Positions 1 to 12,044 of a DNA stretch of 64,000 nt are shown piece after piece. Below the pieces are notes generated by a model. That model was not told the DNA's origin and ran no database searches. It saw only the letters and a list, made by a program, of their open reading frames with translations. Both the position numbers and the translations under genes were made by a program. Source of the stretch: Felis catus (taxonomy: Eukaryota); NCBI RefSeq assembly GCF_018350175.1, contig NC_058368.1, positions 75,828,001 to 75,892,000 of the forward strand. Direction: 5' to 3'. How positions within the stretch are numbered: position 1 is the first letter of the stretch; each line of letters begins with the position of its first letter.

Positions 1-49
1 CCAGACCTAAATTTCAGTATTCATTTTAAATATTGCATTATTAAATCTT

Positions 50-200
50 TACAAATCTCCTGCATGGTAAATAGCATTATTTTCAATTTAACCTGATAAA
101 ACAAAATCTAAAAGAAGTCAAAATGCTTACCCAAGGTCACACAGCGGGATTGTTGACGACACCGGGGAGGACACAGGTTTCCTGAGCTCCTGTGTCCATA
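50..200 (-). mobile_element. MIR SINE fragment
   Basis: Antisense MIR core-like sequence 'cttacccaaggtcacacagc'; highly diverged. Confidence 0.6.
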
Positions 201-1299
201 TTCATGCACAGGGCCTCCCTCTACACAAAGGCTGGCCTCCCTCCCTCACTGCAGGGCTTGGGAGATGGGACCAGACACAGAGGCTGAGACTCTGCTGGGC
301 TCTCCACCACGTCTCCATGAAGTAACAGTCAAGTTCGCTTTTTACGATGTGATAAATTCAGTGGGTCGGCCGTTGTCCAGGACTGTCGGGGAATGGAATA
401 AAGTAGTCTGAGGATTTGAAGGCACACGTGTTAGGAGGCCAATAGGGCCACAGGGCCAAGGCTTATTCTCCAATATAACTTTTATTAGAGATAGCTCAGC
501 TGTTTTAATCCCAGGTCTCTGATCCGCCATGTCAGTTTCTTGATTGGCTACAATCTTGGGAGGAAGGAAGAACATGAGTGACTGGCTGCCTTCCCAAACC
601 TTTCAGAAACTTCACTAATAGAACTAGGACCAAACCCAGGTTGTGTGTGATTCCAAGTAAAGGGACATTTAGGGAACACTGCTGTCATTCTATAATTGGG
701 AATGAATTTCAAGTGTAAACATGAAGGCAATTTCTGCGGAAAAGGTATATGCATATAATAGAAAGTAGTAACGTTTAAAGACTTGTAAAATAGTAGCTAG
801 TAGCTATTACTACTGGAAATATTCATAATGGTCAAGGTTAAGAGAATTGAACTCTGATGTAATATACTCCTTAGCATTATTTTTTTTTTTCAAAACCAAC
901 ACGAAGTACAAATACACACAGAGAACAAGAGATCAAGTGTAAGAAAGAGAAGAAGAGAGCATTAACTGTTATTAATGTTATTTCTTTCAGGAGGTAGGGT
1001 TTCAGTTAACTTTTTAAAATTGTTAGCTTTTCTTTCAGTTTTCTGGTTTTCCTCAATACTCTGCACTGACCATTTACTTTTTTGTATAATTAGATATATA
1101 TTTTTCTCCTTTAAATTTTAATAGCTTTGTGGAAACCACTTTCAGGTGCCTGTTGGGCATCTAGTCATTCACAACTCCTTCCTTACTAACAGTTTCCTAC
1201 TTTTTGTATCATGTTGCAATGTACCCAATTTAAAATATTTATCTTCCCAGAATGTCTCGCAGATAAGGTTTGCCAAAATGTGCGAACAGCGGTATGTTA

Positions 1300-1598
1300 A
1301 TATAAGTAACTGCTGACATATGTCTTCTAGGCTTTTGCATTTTATCCTTTGCTCTCCTTAACCTTCTTCCTGTGAGGAAGATGGCCAGAGATGTACTAGC
1401 CATGTTGCTAACATGAGAATGAGAAGCCATAAGCTAAGCAAGAAATTAGAAGAAATCTGTGTCCTTGATAACATCATCAAGCCTTTGCACAAGCCTGTAC
1501 TACCTACATTTGTGAGGGGGGAAAAATAGCTCTCTACTTTGTAAAGTACTCTGGACGGATTTGCTTTCTATGTAACCAAAAGTAGTCGTAACTGACAC
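1300..1598 (+). mobile_element. Old ERV-L class solo LTR (LTR33-like)
   Basis: 'gccatgttgctaacatgag...gtccttgataacatcatcaagcc...aaccaaaagtagtcgtaactgacaca' resembles the LTR33/MLT 3' half and ends in ..CA. Confidence 0.55.
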
Positions 1599-3129
1599 AA
1601 AGCAAGAGAAGAAAAACTTTCACTTGCATTCAACTCTGAGCTGTAAATGGAGATGGTACAAAGCCCCTAAATCCAGTAGGCATTTGAATCAAGTGGTTAA
1701 AAAAAGATAAAAGGATCCCAGAAGACTTCCAGAATGGGGAATTTCTCCCAGCATCCTCACTGTATTTCAAAACTTTGGGTACCAAAAATCCTTAATGAAC
1801 ATGCATTAGCGTTCGTTTCAACGTCAACCTCAGGAGTTAGGCTTTCCTTACGAACTGTCAAACGTTATGCAATCGGATATGTTTTCTTTCTGTTCCAAGG
1901 ACTGAAAACAAAAATTTTCATGTAGTAAGACATTTTATGTCAAGTGACTTTAAAAGCAACATTATATATTCCCAAATAGAATTTTAGGACTTAAAAGTAG
2001 GGGCATGCATGAAATACTGTCAAGAGAAAAGAGAATTTTCACCACTGAACATGGCTCACCTCTGGAATATCTGCGAGATTCAAGCAAATAGGATTTACGC
2101 CTTTGATTTTCCTCAAGACTTAATCTGCCTCTATACGTCATTCTTACCCTGGGTCATTTCAAATGTAACCTCTGTTGCAAAAATATCCATTTCTTTTCTC
2201 TTACCTTTCTGGAATATTAAAACAAGCTTCTGGCATTGTCAGCATCTAGTAGACCCTTGTAGACATGACTAAAACACCCAGCACTGAAAGCCATTCCACT
2301 AAAATGGAGGAAGCATCTTTCTAAATGATGGTTCAACAAACCATAACAAAATAGAACCTCCTCTGTCTCTGGAAGTGATCAGACAGGTTCAAAAAGAATA
2401 TTTGATGATATGCCAAGCCAGCACATTGCTGTGATTATACAGGGAATGCCCACACCCCAAGCAGCCAGACTTTTCTTCTCAATTATAGACCAGCTGCCAC
2501 CCATAGTGAGCCTGATTTAGCACAAGATCAAAAACCCCAACTCCCTCTACCTGGGTTCAGTGACATTTCACAGTGGCGCAGGACCCAGGTAAAACCATTA
2601 AAAACATGTTTTCGGGCCCATGTCAAGAAGAAATTGAGACCTAGGGCTGTGTTTCCCCTACCTTTAGACATTTTCTTATATTAAATGAGTGGTCCATTTA
2701 GAAATCTCACTGAAGTGTTGAAAACAAGCTGCCTGCTTTGTAATTCATTTATACGTTCATCCATTGAGCAAATACCTATTGAGAAAATATAATTAAAATG
2801 TTAGGATTAAAATGTTATACTAAGCTTCTTATCCTGCTTCGGATGCTAACATTATGTTTTTTGTTGGTTTTTATTGTTCCTTCAGACAAATTTTGTTCCT
2901 CCACACACCGTCATACACCTGTTTTGTGAAACTAAGGAGAAGCCAGCTACACTGTCACTCCGTTCAATTCCATGTTTCATGTTATCAGTACTCAAGGTAC
3001 CCAAACTATATTTTCTACTATTTTATATATTGTAGAACAACACACAAAGCCGTAAGTTCTTACGCATGTGCTAACCAAGCTGTAGCACCAGGTCTATGTT
3101 ATTGTGCAGGGATGCAATGTACCATTAAT

Positions 3130-3700
3130 GAAATAATAGAATCTCAGAATGGACGCACAAGGTTATCCAGATGACAGCACTCTTTCGCAACATATCAAAA
3201 AGCAGTGCTTTCAACTGCTGGATGGATAACATCGTTTTCAAAAGATAGGACGCTGCATTGATGTCTTCACCTGAGGGTTCCTGTTCTGAAAAGTTTAAAT
3301 GTTCTTTCATGTAACGCCCTGAAATATTTTGTGAAAACAGCTCCTTCCACACCTGTCAATCCTTCCCCACCTGTCAATCCTTCCCCACCCCAGTCTCAAC
3401 CAGCTTACCTCCTGGTAGAGAGGAGTCTCCTCAGTTCTCTCAAATGATCCTCATAGGAGATGATCTCCTAGCCCACCGTCATCCTTCTTCTCTGGATGTG
3501 TTTAAATTAGTTCGGGAATGTCCTTCTTGAAGCGCAAATGCAGCTTGTAGGTGGGATGCGTCAAGTTCATGGAAGAGTGAGAATGTTCTTGTCTCCCTCA
3601 CTGGTTCTATTCCTCATCAGGCTGGCTTCGCTCACATTGGCATTCTTGTCCTCCCTCACTCTCTGTTGTCTGACATTAAGCCTTCAGCCAAATAAGACTT
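3130..3700 (-). mobile_element. CR1/L3 LINE 3' fragment (ancient)
   Basis: Minus strand 'ttcaagaaggacatt...acatccagagaagaaggatg...tcctatgaggatcatttgagagaactgagg' resembles L3 ORF2 and ends in the CR1-type 'ttctgagattctatt'. Confidence 0.65.
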
Positions 3701-4119
3701 ATATCCTTCTTACAAAGGCTGGTATTGATCTATATGTAACCCACCTATATTAACCAGAGTTTATCTTTTGGACTTAGTGTGGAGTGTTACATACAGGATA
3801 TTTCATTTCCTTAGCGGGATTCTATTCTCTACCTTTTCAAAATCTTCTCAATTTCTGAAATGTTTTCATGTAAGTCTGATAATTTCATGACCGCTCAAAA
3901 ACAAAAACAATAACAAAACACTCTCAAACATACCTAAGACGATACCTGACAAGGGGAATATTCTCAGGGTAGGATTTAATTCCCTCACCTGATTTTTCCA
4001 GACACAACTCCAGATTAGAAATTGGAGTTCAGAATTGTACCTCTGTGTCCTGAGATACCACGCCCTCCTACCCTCCTTTTAGGTACTGCAGAAAAGGAAA
4101 ATAATCTAAGTCACATTTT

Positions 4120-4346
4120 AAACACATTTTTAACATTTATTTTATTTTTAAGAGAGGGAGATAGAAAGAGATAGAGAGAGCCTGAGTGGGAGACAGGCAG
4201 AGAGGAATGGAGACACAGAATCCAAAGCAGCTCCGGGCTCTGAGCTGTCAGCACAGAGCCTGATGCGGGGCTCAAACCCACAAGCTATGAGATCATGACC
4301 TGAGCCGAAGTTGGATGCTTAACTGCCTGAGCCACTCAGGCACCCT
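4120..4346 (-). mobile_element. Can-SINE
   Basis: tRNA-derived head, (CT)n tract and A-tail on the minus strand; TSD taagtcacatttt at 4107-4119 and 4347-4359. Confidence 0.95.
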
Positions 4347-4590
4347 TAAGTCACATTTTTTTTGTAGTGAACCAGAGATCACATCATCTACTAGGAAAGC
4401 TTCAGAATTGGTGTAAGAGTCAAAGGTGGTCGTATTTGCAGAACGTTATTGAAAATGTTAAACTTTACGCAATTATAAGTTAACTGTCTTTCCAGGAAAG
4501 TGATCTGCTTCCTGTACGATGTTTCTCAGCCTTTTTAATTTAAGACCCACACTATTAATTAGCACTATATTTAAAGTGTTTATCACATCT

Positions 4591-4908
4591 CAGAAATAAA
4601 CCCATGCTTATAAGCTCAACTAGTGTACCGCAAAGGAGGCAAGAATATGCAATTGGGAAAAGACAGTCTCTTCAACAAATGAGGCTGGGAAAACTGGACA
4701 GCCACACGCAAAAGAATGAACCTGGACCACTTTCTTACACCACACACAAAAATAAACTCAAAATGCATGAGAGACCTAAATGTGAGAACTGAAACCATAA
4801 AACTCTTAGAAGAAAACATAGGCAATAATTTCTTTGGCATTGGCCATGGAAACATTTTTCTAGGTATGTCTCTTTGGGCAAGGGGAACAAGATTAAAATT
4901 AAACTATG
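4591..4908 (+). mobile_element. L1 ORF2 internal fragment (5' and 3' truncated)
   Basis: Decayed translation LDHFLTPHTKINSKCMRDLNVRTETIKLLEENIG is typical of the L1 ORF2p C-terminal region. Confidence 0.93.
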
Positions 4909-7678
4909 ATTCAGTTCTCATCTGAAATCCTTCTTTGAAATGGGGGCAGGGAAAAAGAAGAAACAGTCATGCTACAGAACGAGTGTGCCAGGGACAAAAT
5001 AACATGAAGAGGGTATAAAGAGGGAATGCAGTTAACGAAGGGATAGAAATGCTATGTGTTTTCTGGGTTGTAAGAAGTAGAAGCAAATCAACCCACATCC
5101 TGAATACCAGATCCTCTCTTTGAACATAATTTGGATCATGACACCGAATGGTGCACACTGGCCATTTTTTCACTGGTACTAAGTCAGATCAACCGACACA
5201 TCCCTACGGGAACCACTTCCATCATCCGGGAAAATGGGAAGCGCAAATGATGACTATGAGATTCCATTTGGCAATTTCAATACTGCATGAACATGTGGGT
5301 CAAGATTATACCCAGATTGACTTACAGCAGAAATGTGGTATGTTCACTGTGTCTTCTGGCATCTGACAGGTTAATCACTTTCTTATATTGCTTATATATT
5401 AATATGCATCAATTATAAATACATGAACATCAATGTTTGTGTTTACATATGTAATTCACTTGTACCAAACTAGTAATGTGGGAAAAATTCTAATAGAGGT
5501 TTAATCTGTATGCTCCCTTGAGAATTTCAGAAAGGCAGAACAAGACATCAAGATACTTATTTATTAATAGGCTTGAGGTAGCATGAATTAAATAATGAAA
5601 AACAGGAAAGGGATATTAGAAGGTGTGCACCATGCGAAGCATCAACATAAATGAACAGAAGGAAGGAGAGTCGTAACATTATAGATGGTCTGAATTTCTG
5701 CTTATTTATTTACACTGAAAAAACACGGTAACAAAGAATGCATACCACTGGCACTGTTTGCAGCGGCATGAATAAGATGCATAAATAATGGATGACAACA
5801 GATGCACAAGAGCAGTGCCTTGGTAAATGAGTAAGGCAGAGACAAGAGGAAGGCTTTAATGGTCTAATGTACCTATCATTTCCATCTCTTCAGAGACAAA
5901 TTTGTTTTCTTAGTTTTCCCTTTCTTTCCCTGAAAAGGGGTTTGACATTAGCAGTAAGAGCAGTACCCCTTATGTATTATTTTCCTTCAAAATGATCTTT
6001 CGGTTCAATTCCAAAGCATTATGAGTGGGTGTTAGATCCGTATTGATTACGTCTCCAAGTACCTTACTGAAATGCATTAAAATGAAAGTGTTAGAGTCAC
6101 TAAAGTTTGGTTGAACTAAGGAATTTCATATTTTCTTAAAACGGATACACAGAAATAAAGAATATAACGTGTATGTAACGTAAAGTTTATTCTATGATTC
6201 AATATCTAATTTAAGTCTGGCAATGCTTAATCAAAAATGATTAGAATGCAACATTAGACATTTAGCAAGACATCATTAAAAATCAAAAGACATTTTTGTT
6301 CTGTGTTAACTTTGACAATTTTTAAACTAATTGTCCTTCCATATCCTATTTCTTTAGAAATCCTTTAAATAACTATAGAAAACAGTCATAAAAATTTATT
6401 TTGCCCAAGATTCTACTTCCCCTACAATTCATTACTAAAAAGTGTTAGAGAGTACAGATTGAGGATTAAGACAAAGAAACTAACAGTAGGAAATTGGTAA
6501 CAAATGTTTAGTTTATGATATGGTTAAAGAATATTTGAAATTTCTTTGAGCAAACATACAGTTGATTTATATTCTAAGACTATTCATCGGAGTTATAATT
6601 ATGTTAAAATATTCATTCTTTAATTTTTCAAGACTGACAAATCAGTGTACGAATTTCAAGGTATACGACTGAAATAAAATATGAGATTGATTACTTTAAA
6701 CACTGGTTTGAGAAAAAAAAAACCAGGAAAATGTCTATTTTCAAAACAAATCTTTTTGTGACACCATATTGCAAAGTTTTACATTGACTTACTAGAAACC
6801 TACTAGAGTAAAGGAAAACTCTTGTGTATTTTAGGACTAGGCCATATCTGTAAAACTATAACTAAAAAAGATGAGAAGAAAGAATAATCACTGTATCCAA
6901 TATTATAAAATCTGTACATACAGTTAGTCTACCGAATATAAATCTGGAAATATTAAAACAAAATAAATATTCTAATTCACCAATGATCATATGCATATGC
7001 AAATTAATATATTAATTATTTTAAGGTCATCCACAAGTACCATAAAAGTGAATAAATCTTATGGAAATATAAATTATATCTCTAGGGCATTGTTGACGGC
7101 ATGAGAAAACTACAAAGCAATCAAAAACATTTAATCAATATGTTATAATTTAGACATGAATATTTTGTTTTGCCACTGAGTATTTTATAATAGCAGGAAG
7201 TTATGAGTCATACTTATTGTAGCAAGTACGTCATAACAGAGATGGATTTATTTGCACCAAGATGGATTTTATTTTCCTCCAAAGTACATGGTCCATCCAA
7301 GCTCAAAGTAGAATGGTACCAAATCTACTTTTGACCTTACCTCTATTCAAAGACTTAAATTAATACAAATTTATGAGGAAAACTATTAAATGAAATTAAA
7401 CCTAAGTCAGTCACAGGATAAACGTCACACATGTTATTCTTAAAACAGTTTTGTATCATCTGTCCTGCTTGAAGCTATTATTACCTGGAAGAAAACCTAT
7501 AGGCAATAATTCACTCATATTTTTTAAATAAAGGTAATTTTATAGTATAATTTTTAGTGTTCAGATTGCCTTGAACACTCGAGATGAAGAAAAGGACATA
7601 CAATATTGACTTATCATAAAAGTCTCTGGCTATATCTAGATATTGGTCATTTTTTTTTCTTTCTTTTTCTTTTTTCTC

Positions 7679-7686
<8 letters not shown>

Positions 7687-7732
<46 letters not shown>
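7687..7732 (+). repeat. (TG)23 microsatellite
   Basis: Directly visible; preceded by a T/C-rich tract. Confidence 0.98.
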
Positions 7733-7735
<3 letters not shown>

Positions 7736-8199
7736 CCTCACAGCCTGCTTCCTACTTTATGCAAGACTTTGTGCTTCATGGAGTCCCATCTCTCCCTTAA
7801 ACAAATAAACAAAAACAGTGTGTGGTCTCTTCCTTCCTATGCCCTTTGAAGTCAAAATGAAATCAGAAAATCCCAAAGGCAACTGAATGTATCTTACCAT
7901 CAAGTATTTTGAAACTTGAGTGGATGATATAAAAATGAAAGTTTAAGGTTTGCATCTGAGGTTTAGTAGTTCAGTAAGTGATGTCCTAGGAAGGCTGAAT
8001 CTGGTGGCCACATTCTCTGAATCTTCCCATATATCCCCATTTCACTGAACCAGTTTCTAATTCTTTCCTGTTCAGTGTCTTAACCTTTAAGTAACCTTTA
8101 TCTCTCAGAGTCCTTGAATGGAAGAGCAATTAATTTTTATTAGCATAAGCAGAAGAAGCAATTTATTAGGATAATAATAAGAAAGGTATAAATGTGTCC

Positions 8200-8710
8200 A
8201 TTTCCCAGTCCATTTTAACATCATTGGCAAATGAGGGAGTTACCTAAGACTGAGAACACAATTCTCATCCCCCTTCCTATCTACCCAATCTTCATTGTAT
8301 CTACACATAGAATTTGGTTAGAGCTAAGCTTAGAATAGAAGCTAAGTGTACACAGGGAAAAAAATGACATAATAAAAGGATTGCCAGACTTATTTATATC
8401 AGTAATCTTTTAGAGTATTTTCAAAGGAATGGGTTCTGAAGGTGCTCAATCAAAAAAAAAATCAAATTGGATCCTTACCAAAACCTCTGGTTACTTTGAT
8501 CAGTTGGACTTATTTCTAGTTGTTTAATAAGCTTGTTGTCTAAAAATTAGTCCCGATGGAAACCCATGAGGAGTACAATGGCAGAAATTCATTGTATTTA
8601 AGGTAAGAAGGATATAAGAACTGTGGAATATGGAATGTTAGAATGTCTGTCCAGATTGTGACCTGCTTAACCATTCACTATGATTCTCCCAGACCATTCC
8701 TTTTATCCAG
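8200..8710 (+). mobile_element. Highly decayed ERV-L class internal (gag-like) fragment
   Basis: 'ggaatgggttctgaaggtgc...aaattggatc' and 'gaaggatataagaactgtggaatatggaatgttagaatg...gacctgct' parallel ERV-L gag (WEWILRV...IKLD; EEGIQRLREIGMLEW). Confidence 0.5.
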
Positions 8711-9364
8711 AGATTAGATAACTTTTATCCAAAGAGATTACAGGTAAGCGATGCCAAAGTAACACAGGTCTCTCCCAAAACACTGGGATTGGCAGTATTC
8801 CTATTGTCAGAAACCAAAGACATGGGATTTATTTACAAGAGGCAAAGGTCTGTTGTGGCCCTAATGAACAATAGAGCCATTAGAATCATCAAAATTATAG
8901 GACTCATAGATTATTGTAGCTATAAACCGACCATGGATTTCCAAGTATCATAATTAATGTCCTCTCATTAAGGTACTATTATATCTCCAATATTAAAAAG
9001 TATTCTAGCTCGTGCATAGAGGCCTGATTGAAACCACCAAAATAGAGTTTTAATCCCCACTCAATTCCCACATTTGAGTAAAATTATAGATCCAAAGTCT
9101 TTTAAATAAAGGGAAGGTAGTAAAGATATCGCAAGAACACCAAAAGCTAGTTCTATCAGTTTTTTCTAGCATTTAGCAAAGGTGTCTTATCCATATACAA
9201 GATTAACTGTGCACTTGTGATGTGAAAACACATTAGATACCAGCTTTATTTTCATTTTGAGAAAACCACAGTGAGAAATTGCACTGAGTTCAAAGGACAA
9301 TGATTCTGCTTCACAGTATGCCATCGATATCTCCCCAGTTCATGATTAAAAAGTCCTCCTCAAA

Positions 9365-9823
9365 GGGGCGCCTGGATGGCCCAGTCGGTTAGGCGCCCGA
9401 CTTTGGCTCAGGTCATGATCTCCTGGTAGATGAGTTTGAGCCCCACATTGGGCTCTGTGCTGACAGCTCAGAGCCTGGAGCCTGCTTTGGATTCTGTATC
9501 TCCTCTCTCTGCCCCTCTCCCGCTCATGCTCTGTCTCACTCTGTCTCTCAAAAATAAGTAAATGTTAAAAAATAAAACTATAGGGGCGCGTGGGTGGCGC
9601 AGTCGGTTAAGCGTCCGACTTCAGCCAGGTCACGATCTCACGGTCTGTGAGTTCGAGCCCCGCGTCAGGCTCTGGGCTGATGGCTCAGAGCCTGGAGCCT
9701 GTTTCAGATTCTGTGTCTCCCTCTCTCTTTGCCCCTCCCCCGTTCATGCTCTGTGTCTCTCTGTCCCCCCAAAAATAAATAAACGTTGAAAAAAAATTTT
9801 TTGAAAAAAATAAAACTATAAAA
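9365..9823 (+). mobile_element. Can-SINE (outer, older copy; its tail is interrupted by a second SINE)
   Basis: Head at 9365; TSD aaaaagtcctcctcaa at 9348-9363 and 9824-9839. Confidence 0.95.
9583..9804 (+). mobile_element. Young SINEC_Fc-type SINE nested in the A-tail of the previous SINE
   Basis: CpG-rich body; TSD aaaaaataaaactata at 9567-9582 and 9805-9820. Confidence 0.95.
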
Positions 9824-10225
9824 AAAAAGTCCTCCTCAACAAAATATTTTATTGGTCTAAGTTCTAAACAATTACATTGTTTCTCTTCAATTTAATAATG
9901 CATGTTTAAATATCAAATTTGCACACTTGTTGCTTAGTAAATACTATATTCTTCATTGATGCTAAATTAGAGAACTTTCAGCTATAAAAGTGTACTTGAA
10001 AAACACTTGACTAACCTAGTCATTCATTTCAAGAAAAAGTTTATAGAGATTGGGTATCATTTAGATTTGCTTTTAGCATAGTCCCTGTCTCCATGTGTTT
10101 GAACAGCTAGTTTGAAATAAACAATTCTAATACAATAATTGTAAAGATGAAGGAACAGAATTTGAATAATATTAATTGAGGCCTTCTATATGATCATTTA
10201 AATTTTTTTCTATTAAGTTGTTTTA

Positions 10226-10436
10226 TCATTTTTTTAACGTTTATTTTTTTGAGAGAGACAGAGACAGAATGCGAGTGGGTTAGGGGCAGAGAGAGAGGGA
10301 GACACAGCATCCGAAGCAGGCTCCAGGCTCCGAGCTGTCAGCACAGAGCCCGACGCGGGGCTCGAACTCCCAAACTGTGAGATCATGACCTGAGCTGAAG
10401 TCGGACGCTCAACCGACTGAGCCACACAGGCACCCC
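10226..10436 (-). mobile_element. Can-SINE
   Basis: Full length; TSD tctattaagtYgtttta at 10209-10225 and 10438-10454. Confidence 0.95.
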
Positions 10437-10607
10437 ATCTATTAAGTCGTTTTAACTGAAGGGACATTTGGAAACCAGAAGAATCAACCTCAAAGAAACA
10501 AAAATATTGATAGTACTGCAGTTTCTGGAACTTATTGTGTGATTTAATTTTTGTGACACTACGCCGAACAACCATCTGTTTAAGATATTCCTTACTATAC
10601 ACAATTC

Positions 10608-10722
10608 ATATATATATATATACATATAAATATATGTATATTATATATGTATATATGTATATTTATATATGCAAATATATGCATATATGTGTATATCTGT
10701 ATATTATAAATATACATATATT
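10608..10722. repeat. Degenerate (TA)n low-complexity tract
   Basis: Directly visible. Confidence 0.9.
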
Positions 10723-10752
10723 TGAAACTAAAGTTAATAAAAAAGAGTCTGA

Positions 10753-11860
10753 TAAACTATCAACAAAAATGACAAGGAAACCTACTGAATGGGAGAAAAT
10801 ATTTGCAAAGGATATATCCAACAAGCAGTTAATATCCAAATTATATAAAGAAGTTCTATAATTCAACACCAAAAACAAATAAAGAACAAATAATCCAATA
10901 AAAAATAGGCAGAAGACCTGAAGAGAGTTTTTTCCCCCCAAGGAAGACAGACAAAATGGTCAACAGACACATGAAAAGATGTCTAACATCACTAAACATC
11001 AGGGAAATACAAATCAAACCACAATGTGGGGCGCCTGGGTGACTCCTCTGCTTGCACTCTCTCTCTCTCATTCTCTCTCTAAAAATAAGTAAACATTAAA
11101 AATAAATAAATAAAATCTTAAAAAACAAAAACAAAAAACCCACAATGAGATATCACCTTAAATGTGTCAGAATGGCTAGAATCAAAAAGACAAGAAATAA
11201 GCATTGGAGAGTATGTGAAGAAAGAGAAACCCTTATGCACTGTTGGTGGGGAGGAAAGTTGGTTCAGCCACCGTGGAAAAGAACATGGAGTTTGCTCATG
11301 AAAATTAAAAATAGAATTCTTATGATCCAGTAATCCTACTAAGTATTTATAAAAAGAAAACAAAAACACAAACTCAAAAAGATATGCATCCCTATGTTTA
11401 GTGGAGCGCTATTTATGACAGCCAAAATATGGAAGCAATCCAAGTACCCATCCACAGATGAATGGATAGATCAGATGTGGTGTATATATACAATGAAACA
11501 CGACTCAGCCATAAAAAAGAATGAGATCGTGCCATTTGCAGTAACATAGATCAACCTAGAGCAGGTAATGCTAAGTGAAATAAGTCAGACAGAGAGACAA
11601 ATGCCACATGATTGTGGAATTTAATAACAAAACAAACAAACAAACAAAAGACAAAAAGCAGACTTTTAAATACAGAGAACTGGTGGTTGCCGGGGCGGGG
11701 GTGGGGTGGGGGGGCGTGGTGGATGGAGGGAATGGTGAAATAGGTAAAGGGGATTAAGGGTACACTTACTGTGATGAGCACTGACAGTGTATAAACTTGT
11801 GGAATCATCATATTATACACCTGCAATTAATATAGCACTATGTTAATTATAGTTCAATTA
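10753..11860 (+). mobile_element. L1 3' part (end of ORF2 plus 3' UTR), carnivore-type; no clear poly(A)
   Basis: RKPTEWEKIFA, MRYHL..VRMA, ETLMHCWW..KLVQP motifs; G-rich 3' UTR; interrupted by a short SINE. Confidence 0.95.
11028..11138 (+). mobile_element. Internally deleted Can-SINE inserted in L1
   Basis: Head ggggcgcctgggtgactc joined directly to the (CT)n/A tail; ccacaatg duplicated on both sides. Confidence 0.85.
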
Positions 11861-12044
11861 TACCTACATGTGTGTATGTGTTAGTCACTGATCCTCCCCC
11901 TAATAAAAGGGTTTGCTGTTCAATTCTGAGTGAGGAAAAATTAACCAGTTTACTAGTTTCTATTAACAATACATACATGAATAAAATCAATTTTGACAAA
12001 GTAATTAGCAATATCTATTGGATGCTGATTCAGAGCATATACAG

